Assembly: GCA_027310565.1 (NCBI GenBank)
Contig: DAIDAP010000016.1
Coordinates: forward strand, 25,017 to 89,016
Origin: Chloroflexota bacterium
GTDB taxonomy: Bacteria; Chloroflexota; Limnocylindria; P2-11E
Length of the DNA: 64,000 nucleotides
Reading direction: 5' to 3'
This document shows, piece after piece, positions 28,750 to 37,574 of this stretch (within the stretch, counting starts at the first letter, position 1; each line of letters begins with the position of its first letter). Both the position numbers and the translations under genes were made by a program. Below the pieces are notes generated by a model, which was not told the DNA's origin, did not search any database, and saw nothing but the letters and a program-made list of their open reading frames with translations.

Positions 28750-29117
28750 CGCGAGTCGAGCGCGGCCCGGATCGTCGCGTAGAGCACGTCGAGGTCGAAC
28801 GGCTTCGCGACGACCCGCGGCCCGCCCAGCTCGGCGACCTGCTCCGCGCTCAGCGTCGCGGCCGAGAGGACGACGATCGGGATGCGCGGGTGCGTGCGCA
28901 GCTGCTCGCGGCGGAACGCCCATCCGTCGAAGACCGGCATCCGCAGATCCAGCACCACCACGTCGGGCTCGTCGTCCTCGACGATCCGCAGCGCCTCGGC
29001 GCCGTCCTTCGCCTGCGCGACCTCGTAGCCCTCCATGACGAGCGCCTCGCTGAGCGTGGCGCGGATCTGCGGCTCGTCGTCGACGACGAGGATGCGCGGT
29101 GCGCGCCCGGCCGGCAT
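28746..29117 (-). CDS. Stand-alone response regulator receiver protein
   Basis: ILVVDDE, VLDLRMPVFDG, VLSA, AKPF. Confidence 0.92.
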   Translation of the reverse strand: MPAGRAPRILVVDDEPQIRATLSEALVMEGYEVAQAKDGAEALRIVEDDEPDVVVLDLRMPVFDGWAFRREQLRTHPRIPIVVLSAATLSAEQVAELGGPRVVAKPFDLDVLYATIRAALDSR

Positions 29118-29188
29118 GCGGCGAGGATACCGAGCGGCCGGCCGGGCGCCTTCGACGGACCTCCGCGCCCCCGGGGTACGCTTCGCCC

Positions 29189-30154
29189 GTGCCCCGACGC
29201 GTCCTCATCACGGGCATCACCGGGTTCGCGGGCAGCCACCTCGCCGAGCGCCTCGTCGTCTCCGGCGTGGAGACCCACGGGCTGGCCTTCGAGGAGCCGC
29301 CGTATCCGAACCTCGCCGCGGTCGCGGACGAGGTCCGCATCCACCGCGGCGACGTGACCTCGCTCGCGGACCTCGAGACGGCTCTCCGGGCGGCCCGGCC
29401 GGACGTCATCGTCCACCTCGCGGGCCAGGCCGTGCCCGCGCTGGCCGCGCGCGACCCGCTCGCGGCGGTGCGCGTGAACGTGCTGGGCACGGCCGCGGTG
29501 CTCGGTGCGCTCGAGGCCGTGGCGAGCGCCCGCCTCGTGCTCGCCTCCAGCGCCGACGTGTACGGCGCGCCCGACGCGTCGCCGGTCGACGAGCGCGCGC
29601 CCGTCCGTCCGGCGAACGTCTACGCCGCGACGAAGCTCGCCTCCGAGGCGCTCGCGCGCGAGGTCGGCGACCGCCGCGAGCGCGCGGTCGTCATCCTCCG
29701 GCCGACGAACCAGATCGGCCCGCGGCAGCACCCCGGGCTCGCCGCGTCGGCGTTCGCCAAGCAGATCGCGGAGGCCGAGGCCGGGACGAGGCCTCCGGTC
29801 GTCCGGCACGGCGACCTCCGCTCGGCGCGCGACTTCCTCGACGTGCGCGACATGGCCGACGCGTACGCGCGCGCGGCGGACATCGACGCGCCGGGCACCC
29901 ACCTCTTCAACGTCGGCACCGGACGAGCGGTGGCCATCGCGGACGTGCTCGGCATGCTCATGGAGCTCGCGCGCGTCGGGGTGCGCGAGGAGCTGGACCC
30001 GGAGCTGGTGCGCGGCACGGAGTCGGTCCTCGCGCTGGACGCGAGCCGCTTCCGCGCGCGCACCGGATGGGAGCCGCGCGTCGATCTGCGGACCTCGCTC
30101 GCGGACACGCTCGACTACTGGCGGTCGCGGGTGGGCCGGGAGGTGCGCGCGTGA
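29189..30154 (+). CDS. NAD-dependent epimerase/dehydratase, GDP-sugar (Rmd/Gmd-like)
   Basis: LITGITGFAGSHL, HLAGQA, SSADVYG, YAATK, NQIGPRQ, RDFLDVRD. Confidence 0.88.
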   Translation: MPRRVLITGITGFAGSHLAERLVVSGVETHGLAFEEPPYPNLAAVADEVRIHRGDVTSLADLETALRAARPDVIVHLAGQAVPALAARDPLAAVRVNVLGTAAVLGALEAVASARLVLASSADVYGAPDASPVDERAPVRPANVYAATKLASEALAREVGDRRERAVVILRPTNQIGPRQHPGLAASAFAKQIAEAEAGTRPPVVRHGDLRSARDFLDVRDMADAYARAADIDAPGTHLFNVGTGRAVAIADVLGMLMELARVGVREELDPELVRGTESVLALDASRFRARTGWEPRVDLRTSLADTLDYWRSRVGREVRA

Positions 30155-31596
30155 ACATCGCCTTCGGCACCGACGGCTGGCGCGCCGGCATCGCGGACGC
30201 CTACACCTTCGACGCGGTGCGCGTCTGCGCGCAGGCCGTCGCCGAGTGGGTGCGGCGGACCGGCGAGGCCGACCGCGGCGTCGTCGTCGGCTACGACCGG
30301 CGCTTCCGCAGCGAGCACTTCGCGCAGGCGGCGGCCGAGGTCCTCGCGGCCCACGGCATCCACGTGCTCCTCGCGAGCGCCGCCGCGCCGACCCAGGCGT
30401 TCTCCTACGCGACCCTGCGCCGGAACGCGAAGGCCGGGATCGTCATCACCGCGAGCCACAACCCCTGGACCGACAACGGCTTCAAGGTGAAGGAGGAGAC
30501 GGGCAGCGCCGCCTCGCCGGCCGTCATCGCGGAGCTCGAGGCGATCATCCGTCCGCTCGAGAGCCGTCCGCGGGACGTGCGCCGCATGTCCTACGACGAC
30601 GCGGTCGCGAAGGGGCTCGTCGAGATCTTCGATCCCGCGCCCGACTATCTCGCGCGCGTCGCCGAGCTGTTCGACCTCGAGGCGTTCCGCGCGGCCGGCT
30701 ACACCATCGTCTGCGAGCCGCTCTACGGCAGCGCGAGCGGCTACTTCCCGCGCCTGCTGGGCGGCGGGAGGACGAAGATCGTGGAGCTGCACGGCGAGCG
30801 CAACCCGTACTTCGGCGGCGTGAACCCGGAGCCGATCCCGCCGAACATCGACGAGTTCCTCGCGCGCATCCCGAAGGAGCGAGCCGACGTCGGCCTCGCC
30901 GTCGACGGTGACGCCGACCGCGCCGGGCTCGGCGACGAGCAGGGGCGGTTCGTCACGACGCTCACCGTCTACGCGCTCCTCATGTGGTACCTCATCGAGG
31001 TGCGCAAGCTGCGCCAGCCGGTGGTGAAGACGGTGAACATGACGTCGATGGTCGACCGGCTGGGGGAGAAGTACGGCGTCCCGGTGCACGAGGTCCCGGT
31101 CGGCTTCAAGTACATCGGCCCGAAGATGCGGGAGACCGGCGCGATGATGGGCGGCGAGGAGTCCGGCGGCTTCGGCTTCGCGATGCACCTGCCCGAGCGT
31201 GATGGCATCGTCGCCGACCTGTTCCTGCTCGACTTCTTCATGAAGACGAAGAAGAAGCCGTCGCAGCTCATCGCCGAGCTCATGGATCTCGCCGGCCCGT
31301 CCTTCTACCTGCGGCGCGACCTCCATCTCGACGCGGCGACCTACCAGGCCGAGAAGCCGAAGATCATGGAGCGGCTCGACGGGGCGCGGCCCGGCGAGCT
31401 CGCCGGGCACCGTGTGACGCGTATCGTTCCGCTCGAGACGAAGGACGGCGTGAAGTACTTCGTCGACGATGGATCCTGGCTCCTCGTGCGGCTCTCGGGG
31501 ACCGAGCCGCTGGTGCGCGTCTACACCGAGACGCGCAGCGCGAACGAGGTGAAGCCCATGCTCGACCTGGGCGAGAGGATGGTGCATGGTGGCTAG
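30151..31596 (+). CDS. Phosphoglucomutase/phosphomannomutase
   Basis: FGTDGWR, TASHNP, DGDADR, VGFKYI, GGEESGG, RLSGTEP. Confidence 0.95.
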   Translation: MNIAFGTDGWRAGIADAYTFDAVRVCAQAVAEWVRRTGEADRGVVVGYDRRFRSEHFAQAAAEVLAAHGIHVLLASAAAPTQAFSYATLRRNAKAGIVITASHNPWTDNGFKVKEETGSAASPAVIAELEAIIRPLESRPRDVRRMSYDDAVAKGLVEIFDPAPDYLARVAELFDLEAFRAAGYTIVCEPLYGSASGYFPRLLGGGRTKIVELHGERNPYFGGVNPEPIPPNIDEFLARIPKERADVGLAVDGDADRAGLGDEQGRFVTTLTVYALLMWYLIEVRKLRQPVVKTVNMTSMVDRLGEKYGVPVHEVPVGFKYIGPKMRETGAMMGGEESGGFGFAMHLPERDGIVADLFLLDFFMKTKKKPSQLIAELMDLAGPSFYLRRDLHLDAATYQAEKPKIMERLDGARPGELAGHRVTRIVPLETKDGVKYFVDDGSWLLVRLSGTEPLVRVYTETRSANEVKPMLDLGERMVHGG

Positions 31597-32665
31597 CACG
31601 ACCGTGGACACGTCCGTCATCGAGACCGTCGAGAAGATCCGCGCCGCCGATCCGGGCGACATGCTCGGCCGGATCAAGGATCTCGCGAAGCAGGTCCGCG
31701 ACGCCTGGGGCATCGCCACGCAGGCGCGGCTGCCGCCGGCGTACGGCGACGTCCGCAGCATCGTCGTCGCCGGCATGGGCGGCTCGGCCATCGGCGGCGA
31801 CCTCGCGGCCGCGCTCCTCGCCGACGAGCTCAAGATCCCGATGAGCGTCCACCGCGACTACGGGCTGCCCGCCTACGTCGGCCGCGACACGCTCGTCATC
31901 GCGTCGTCGTACTCGGGCAACACCGAGGAGACGCTCTCGGCGTTCGAGCAGGCGCGCAAGCGCGGCGCGAAGGTGCTCGTCCTCACCACCGGCGGCACGC
32001 TGGCCGGCGAGGGGCGCGCGTCGAGCTACCCGGTGGTCACGTTCTCGTACCGGGCGCAGCCGCGCGCCGCGCTCGGGTACTCGCTCGGGCTCGTGCTCGG
32101 GTGCCTGGTGCGGCTCGGCTTCGTCCGCGACCTCTCGCGCGACGTCGACGCGGCGCTCGCGGACGTGGCGCGGCTCGAGGAGCGCGTGCACGAGGGCGCG
32201 CGGACGAACGACGCGAAGAAGCTCGCGCTCGAGCTGTACGGGCGGGTCATCGTCGCGTACGGAGCCGGTGTCTTCGGCGTGATGGCGCGTCGCGTGAAGG
32301 GGCAGTGGAACGAGAACGCGAAGAGCTGGTCCGCGTTCGACGTCATGAGCGAGCTCAACCACAACGCCGTGGTCGGTTTCCCGCACCCGTCCGTCGCGCG
32401 CGACGCGCTCACGGTGCTCCTGCTGCGCAGCGACCGCGACAACCCGCGTCACAAGATCCGATTCGACGTCACCGCGGAGCTGCTCGACCGCGCGGGCGTG
32501 CCGCACCGGACGCTCGGCTTCCCCGGCCAGAACATGCTGTCCGAGGTGCTCCAGCTCGTCCTGTTCACGGACTACGTGTCCTTCTACCTCGCGCTCCTCA
32601 ACGGCGCCGATCCGTCGGAGGTGCGCTCCATCGACTACCTCAAGGACCGACTCGCCAAGGCCTGA
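31586..32665 (+). CDS. Bifunctional phosphoglucose/phosphomannose isomerase (SIS type)
   Basis: [45 protein letters not shown]. Confidence 0.93.
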   Translation: MVASTTVDTSVIETVEKIRAADPGDMLGRIKDLAKQVRDAWGIATQARLPPAYGDVRSIVVAGMGGSAIGGDLAAALLADELKIPMSVHRDYGLPAYVGRDTLVIASSYSGNTEETLSAFEQARKRGAKVLVLTTGGTLAGEGRASSYPVVTFSYRAQPRAALGYSLGLVLGCLVRLGFVRDLSRDVDAALADVARLEERVHEGARTNDAKKLALELYGRVIVAYGAGVFGVMARRVKGQWNENAKSWSAFDVMSELNHNAVVGFPHPSVARDALTVLLLRSDRDNPRHKIRFDVTAELLDRAGVPHRTLGFPGQNMLSEVLQLVLFTDYVSFYLALLNGADPSEVRSIDYLKDRLAKA

Positions 32666-32667
32666 GC

Positions 32668-33189
32668 GTGGAGCACCGCGCGCCCGCGTTCGCGTTCTGC
32701 CCGCGTGACGGGGCCCGGCTGGTGCCGACGCGCATCGACGGGCGCGACCGCCCGACCTGTCCGGTCTGCGGCCTCGCCGATTTCCTGCACGTGCAGATCG
32801 GCGCGAACGCGATCGTCGAGCGCGAGGACGGCGTGCTGCTCGTCCGGCTCAACTACGGCCCGCGCGACGGGCGCTGGGCCCTGCCGGGCGGCCTCGTCGA
32901 GGCGGACGAGACGCCGGAGCAGGCCGCGGTGCGCGAGACCGAGGAGGAGACGGGCTTTCGCGTCGGGCTCGACGGCCTCCTCGCGACGTGGATGCGGCCG
33001 GGCATGCCGCTCATCGTCGTCATCTACCGTGCGCACGTCGAGAGCGGCACGCTGCGTGTCGCGCCGGACGAGGCCTCCGAGGCGCGCTTCTTCCCGCGCG
33101 CCGCGCTCCCGCCGCTCGAGGACCTCGCGTGGCCGTCGACCGCGCACGGCCTCGACGCCTGGCGCGTGTACGAGCCGCCGCGGCCCTGA
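32668..33189 (+). CDS. NUDIX hydrolase with N-terminal zinc-ribbon-like segment
   Basis: FCPRDG...CPVCG; Nudix box [23 protein letters not shown]. Confidence 0.9.
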   Translation: MEHRAPAFAFCPRDGARLVPTRIDGRDRPTCPVCGLADFLHVQIGANAIVEREDGVLLVRLNYGPRDGRWALPGGLVEADETPEQAAVRETEEETGFRVGLDGLLATWMRPGMPLIVVIYRAHVESGTLRVAPDEASEARFFPRAALPPLEDLAWPSTAHGLDAWRVYEPPRP

Positions 33190-33462
33190 CCGTATCTGGT
33201 CATCGTCCCCGGCAACGAGCAGAGCGAGGCCGGCGAGCTGCCGAGCGCCGAGATCCTCGCCGACATGCAGAAGTACAACGAGCAGCTGGTGAAGGCCGGC
33301 GTCATGCTCGCGGGCGAGGGCCTGAGGCCCACGTCGGCGGGCGCGAAGGTCCGCTTCGACGGCGCCACCCGCACCGTCACCGACGGCCCGTTCGCCGAGA
33401 CGAAGGAACGCCGCGCCGCTACCGCCTGCTGCCGGCCACGCGCGGCGACGGCCGGCGCGTAA
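33190..33462 (+). pseudogene. YciI/DGPF-family fragment
   Basis: YLVIV...SEAGELP...MQKYNEQLVKAGVMLAGEGLRP...TDGPFAETKE then unrelated sequence; no start for the N-terminal part, C-terminal half missing. Confidence 0.7.
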
Positions 33463-33499
33463 CTCCCATGCGAGCGCGAGGGCCGTGAAGAGGAGACGC

Positions 33500-33733
33500 T
33501 CACCCGGCGCCGCGCGGGCGGATCTTCCCGACGATCTCCGTGCGCACGGGGACGCCGTTCACCGCGCGCGGGATCGCTGCCCGCGTCTCCCGCTCCAGGT
33601 TGACCTTCAGGCAGTACGCGCCCGCGACACGCGTGATCCCGACGCCGTTCACCTCGGGCACGCGCCGCAGCCGCGCCGCGAGCGTCTTCTTCGCCGCGCG
33701 CACGTCCTCGAGTGAGCGCCCGTCCGTCCGCAC
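33500..33733 (-). CDS. 77-aa hypothetical protein, protease-prodomain-like
   Basis: PEVNGVGIT...LKVNL...IPRAVNGVPVRTEIVGKIR; follows the protease gene. Confidence 0.65.
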   Translation of the reverse strand: MRTDGRSLEDVRAAKKTLAARLRRVPEVNGVGITRVAGAYCLKVNLERETRAAIPRAVNGVPVRTEIVGKIRPRGAG

Positions 33734-33764
33734 CAGCGTCTCCCCGGCCCAAGAGTAGGCCGCG

Positions 33765-34784
33765 CTACACGAGGAGCTCCGCCCGCAGGCGCCGGAGGAC
33801 GGTCGCGATCGGGTTCGCGTAGGTGAGCCCGGCGCCGTTGCTGCCGCCGGTGTCGCCGCCGGCGAAAAGCAGCGCGACGGCCTCGTGGCCGCTCGCGGTG
33901 AAGATGACCGAGCCGCTGTCGCCGCCGTCGCTGAAGGGGCCGCTGCCGGCCCCTTCGATCTCGATCTGGTCGTCGAACCGCAGGTTGCCGGCGTCGTAGC
34001 CGACCACGACGTTGTCGAGCTCGAACGCCGTGACGCGCCCGCGGGTGTACCCGGTCGTCCGGCCGAGCTTGGCCACGATCTCGTCGACGTCGACCGGATC
34101 CGCGAGGACGCCCTTGAGCTTGCCCTGCCCGCGGAGCGTGCCCGGGGTGAAGCGCACGCCGTCGTCGATCGTGGCGAGGGCGGCGTCCACGTAGTTCACC
34201 CTCGACTTCGAGAGGCGCACCAGCTCGGCGAGGCCGCCGACGCGATCCTGCGGTGCCCGACCGCCGTCGTACGCACCGGGCTGGAGCACCGGATCGTCGC
34301 GGCGCCCGCGGTTCTCGTTCGCCAGCACGTGGTTGTTCGAGAGGATCCGCGGCTCCTCGGTGTCGCGCCGGCGCACGAACGCCCCGAGCGTCCCCGCGGT
34401 GATCGCGTAGTGGCCGATCGAGAGCCCGATGCGCAGCGGCCGCTGCCGCGTCTGCGCCGGCGGCCGCGCGAGCTTCAGCTTGCCGACGTACCCGACGTAG
34501 CGGACGTCGACCTCGGACCTCGCTCGGCGCCGCACGGTCTCGATGTACCCCGTCGCCAGCACGCTGCGCCGCTGGATGCGCACGGCGAGCCGATAGTCGC
34601 GCCTCCCGCGGCGAGCCACGCCGAGGGCGATGGTGCGCGGCAGCGGGTCCGCGGTCTTCGCCTGCTGGGCGCGGCGTGCCGCACCCGTCGACATGATCAG
34701 GTGCGCGAACGCGGGGAGCGGAACGCCGCGCGCCGCGGGTCCGAGCAGCTCCGCCTTGAGGCCGCGGACGGAGTCAAGATGCAT
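33765..34784 (-). CDS. Trypsin-like (PA clan) serine protease without signal peptide
   Basis: AGTLG, ILSNNHVL (His), VDAALA (Asp), KLGRTTG, GDSGS (Ser). Confidence 0.85.
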   Translation of the reverse strand: MHLDSVRGLKAELLGPAARGVPLPAFAHLIMSTGAARRAQQAKTADPLPRTIALGVARRGRRDYRLAVRIQRRSVLATGYIETVRRRARSEVDVRYVGYVGKLKLARPPAQTRQRPLRIGLSIGHYAITAGTLGAFVRRRDTEEPRILSNNHVLANENRGRRDDPVLQPGAYDGGRAPQDRVGGLAELVRLSKSRVNYVDAALATIDDGVRFTPGTLRGQGKLKGVLADPVDVDEIVAKLGRTTGYTRGRVTAFELDNVVVGYDAGNLRFDDQIEIEGAGSGPFSDGGDSGSVIFTASGHEAVALLFAGGDTGGSNGAGLTYANPIATVLRRLRAELLV

Positions 34785-34808
34785 CGCTCGCCCTCCCCGC
34801 GCCGCAGG

Positions 34809-35996
34809 CTAGGCCTTCACGGGCTCCCGCCGCGCGGCGGCGAACACCGGGAGCGCGCGGTCGAACATCTCGTCGCTCCCGGTGAGCGAGATGCGGAAGG
34901 TGTCCGGCATCTCGTACGTGTGGCCGGGGAGCACCAGGACGCCCTTCGCGGCGAGGTGCTCGACGAAGGCCTTCGCGTCGCGCCACGGCGACGGCACGAG
35001 GAGGTAGAACGTGCCCTCCGGCGTGTGCAGGTCGTAGCCCGCGTCCCGAAGGGCCTTCACGACGCGGTCACGGCGGCGCTCGAGCCGCGGGATGTCGATC
35101 GAGAGCTCCTCCAGCTCGGCCGCCGCGTACTGGAGGACCGCGTTCGGCCACGTCCAGCCGAGGAGGATCTCGGTCATGACGATCGCGCTCCGCAGCGCCG
35201 CGCGGTCCTCGCGCGGCATCGTCGGCGGGAGCGCGAGGTAGCCGATGCGCTCGCCGGGCGTGAGGAGCTGCTTGCCGTACGTGTAGACGAGCAGCGAGTG
35301 CGGGTACGACTCGGTCGGGCTCTCGTAGCGGCGCCCGTCGAAGAGGATGCGGCTGTACGACTCGTCCGAGATGAGGTAGATCGGCCGCCCGCCGCGCCGC
35401 GACGCCGCCTCGAGCACCGCGGCGAGCCGGTCGAGCGTCTCGCGCGGGTAGAGCCGACCCGTCGGGTTGTTCGGCGAGTTCACGATGATCGCGCGCGTCT
35501 TCGCGGTGAGCGCGCGGTCGACGGCGTCGACGTCGACGTCCCACGACGGGCGCGCGACCGGCACGCGCACGGGCACGGCGCCGAGCTGCCGGATCATGCC
35601 GCGGTAGAAGAACCACGGCGGGCTCAGGTAGACGACCTCGTCGCCCCCGTCGCAGATCGCGCGCAGCGCGACCGCGAGGGCCGCGAAGGCGCCGGTCGTC
35701 ATGAAGACGTCGTCGGCGTCGTAGCGGACGCCGCGGCGCCGGGCGAGCGAGTCCACGACGGCGCGCACGGCGTCGGGCACGTTCTGCTTGTAGGCGAACC
35801 AGTCCTTGTTCTTGGGCGCGGTCCACTTCGCGATCGCGTCGACGAATCCCGGCAGCGGCATCTCCTGCGGGTTCCCGGCGACCAGGTCGGCGAGCGCCGA
35901 CGCGGCGCGGCGCTCGTACGATTCGAAGAACTCCAGGAACGGCAGGTGCTCGCGCACGATCTGGTCGGCGAGGTGGGAGATCGGGGCCCTTTCCAC
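34809..35996 (-). CDS. PLP-dependent aminotransferase class I/II (AspAT-like)
   Basis: AGNP, NSPNNPTG, ISDESY, TYGKQLLTPGERIGY; start GTG 35996 chosen from a TATGCT -10 box. Confidence 0.92.
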   Translation of the reverse strand: MERAPISHLADQIVREHLPFLEFFESYERRAASALADLVAGNPQEMPLPGFVDAIAKWTAPKNKDWFAYKQNVPDAVRAVVDSLARRRGVRYDADDVFMTTGAFAALAVALRAICDGGDEVVYLSPPWFFYRGMIRQLGAVPVRVPVARPSWDVDVDAVDRALTAKTRAIIVNSPNNPTGRLYPRETLDRLAAVLEAASRRGGRPIYLISDESYSRILFDGRRYESPTESYPHSLLVYTYGKQLLTPGERIGYLALPPTMPREDRAALRSAIVMTEILLGWTWPNAVLQYAAAELEELSIDIPRLERRRDRVVKALRDAGYDLHTPEGTFYLLVPSPWRDAKAFVEHLAAKGVLVLPGHTYEMPDTFRISLTGSDEMFDRALPVFAAARREPVKA

Positions 35997-36139
35997 GGTC
36001 TGGAGAGCATACGGCCATCCGGCCGCCGGTCGACCCGGCTGGGCGGGGCCTTCGCCCACAGGCCGAAGCCCGCCCGGGTCGTAGAATCCGAGACGTCCGG
36101 TGCCAGCCGGGACACTTATGGAGTGGCGGAGGTCGGTGG

Positions 36140-36403
36140 ATGTACTCGAGCCTCATCTCCAAGATCGAGAAAGCGAAGCGGTACGCCGAAGAGCCCGAGC
36201 GGATCAGCTTCCAGGACGTGAGCCTGCGATTCCGCGGCGACAACGGCACGTACAGCGTCTCGCTCCATGGCGATGATTGGTCCTGCGAGTGCGACCACTT
36301 CCGGCATTCCGGGCTCTGCGCCCACGTGATGACGCTGCAGCGTCTCTTCGAGACGCACCTCACCGAGGCGGCGCGCACCACGACGGAGCACGTGCCCGCC
36401 TAG
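36140..36403 (+). CDS. Small SWIM-type zinc-finger protein
   Basis: GGAGG SD; SKIEKAKRYAEE N-terminus; CECx8CxH. Confidence 0.85.
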   Translation: MYSSLISKIEKAKRYAEEPERISFQDVSLRFRGDNGTYSVSLHGDDWSCECDHFRHSGLCAHVMTLQRLFETHLTEAARTTTEHVPA

Positions 36404-36466
36404 TGTCGCGCGCCGGAAATACCTTGACCGATGCAGCGGCAAGGTAGTTCCGGCGCGCGACACTAG
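36400..36466. mobile_element. 67-bp inverted-repeat element (MITE/REP-like, IS630-type ends)
   Basis: Perfect 19-bp IR CTAGTGTCGCGCGCCGGAA / TTCCGGCGCGCGACACTAG plus inner TACCTTG/CAAGGTA. Confidence 0.55.
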
Positions 36467-36487
36467 CGGCGGCGGACGGACAACTGA

Positions 36488-36616
36488 ATACGCGGTAGCC
36501 CAGCGAAGCCGGTGAGATTCCGGCAGGGTCGCGCCACCGTGAAGGGCCTCGTGCCCGCACTCGGGTCGCCTGGACCGCCGCTCGCGGCCGACACACCTTC
36601 GCGTGAAAGGGGTGCG
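36488..36616 (+). ncRNA. Cobalamin riboswitch (compact, class II-like)
   Basis: GCGAAGCCGGTGAGATTCCGGCAGGGTCGCGCCACCGTGAA core and a downstream CACCTTCGCGTGAAAGGGGTG hairpin over the RBS of a BtuF-like gene. Confidence 0.8.
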
Positions 36617-36620
36617 CCAG

Positions 36621-37574
36621 ATGCGCCGGCGACCACTCGCGTTCCTCGCGGCCCTCCTCTTCCTCCTCCCCTCCTGCGGACCCGCCGCCCTCGCCCCGAC
36701 CGTCATGCCGACCCCGACGGCCACCGCGAGCCCCATCGCGACCGCCGCCGCGCCGTTCCCGACGACGGTGACCGACTTCCAGGGCAGGGCCGTCGCGATC
36801 GCCGCTGGGCCGAAGCGGATCATCTCCATCGGTCCGTCGAACACCGAATTCCTGTTCGCGCTCGGAGCAGGCGACCGCGTCGTCGGGCGTGACGACTTCT
36901 CGGACACGCCGGCCGCCGCGCAGCAGGTCGAGAAGGTCGGCGGCGTGAAGGTGAGCATCGAGAAGATCGTCTCGCTCCGGCCGGACCTCGTGGTCTCGGT
37001 GAAGCTCTCGGACGGCACGATCGAGAAGATCGCGGGCGCGGGCATCCCCGTGCTCGTCGTCGATCCGCAGGGCCTCGGCGACGTCGCGCGCACGGCGATC
37101 CTCCTCGGGCAGGCGATCGGCGCCGACGGCGGCGCGCTCGCGTCGTCGATCGACGCCAGGCTCGCCGCGCTGAAACAGAAGGTCGCGGCGGCGACGACCA
37201 GGCCGCGCGTCTTCCACGAGGTGGACGCGAGCGACCCCTCGAAGCCGTTCACCGTCGGACCCGGGTCGTACATCGACGACCTCATCGGCCTCGCGGGCGG
37301 GAGGAACATCGCGGCGAACGCCGGCTCCGCGTATCCGCAGATCTCGTTCGAGGAGGTCGTGCGCGCCGACCCGGAGGTGATCGTCCTCGGCGACGCCGAC
37401 TACGGCACGACCGCGGAGCAGGTCGCGGCTCGCGCCGGCTGGTCGGCGATCAGCGCGGTGAAGGACAGGAAGATCTTCCCGATCCCCGACAGCCTCGTCT
37501 CGCGGCCCGGCCCGCGGGTCGCCGACGCGGCGGAGGCCTACGCGCGCATCCTCCACCCGGAGCTGTTCCGCTGA
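36621..37574 (+). CDS. btuF: Cobalamin ABC transporter substrate-binding lipoprotein (BtuF-like)
   Basis: Lipobox LPSC, RIISIGPSNTEFLFALG, EKIVSLRPDLV, SRPGPR; downstream of a Cbl riboswitch. Confidence 0.85.
   Translation: MRRRPLAFLAALLFLLPSCGPAALAPTVMPTPTATASPIATAAAPFPTTVTDFQGRAVAIAAGPKRIISIGPSNTEFLFALGAGDRVVGRDDFSDTPAAAQQVEKVGGVKVSIEKIVSLRPDLVVSVKLSDGTIEKIAGAGIPVLVVDPQGLGDVARTAILLGQAIGADGGALASSIDARLAALKQKVAAATTRPRVFHEVDASDPSKPFTVGPGSYIDDLIGLAGGRNIAANAGSAYPQISFEEVVRADPEVIVLGDADYGTTAEQVAARAGWSAISAVKDRKIFPIPDSLVSRPGPRVADAAEAYARILHPELFR

Noticed and set aside
33187-33189. Selenocysteine or readthrough fusion of Nudix to the in-frame YciI fragment
   Set aside because: TGA is at the natural Nudix end, not a Cys-equivalent position; no SECIS-like hairpin recognised; downstream domain is truncated.
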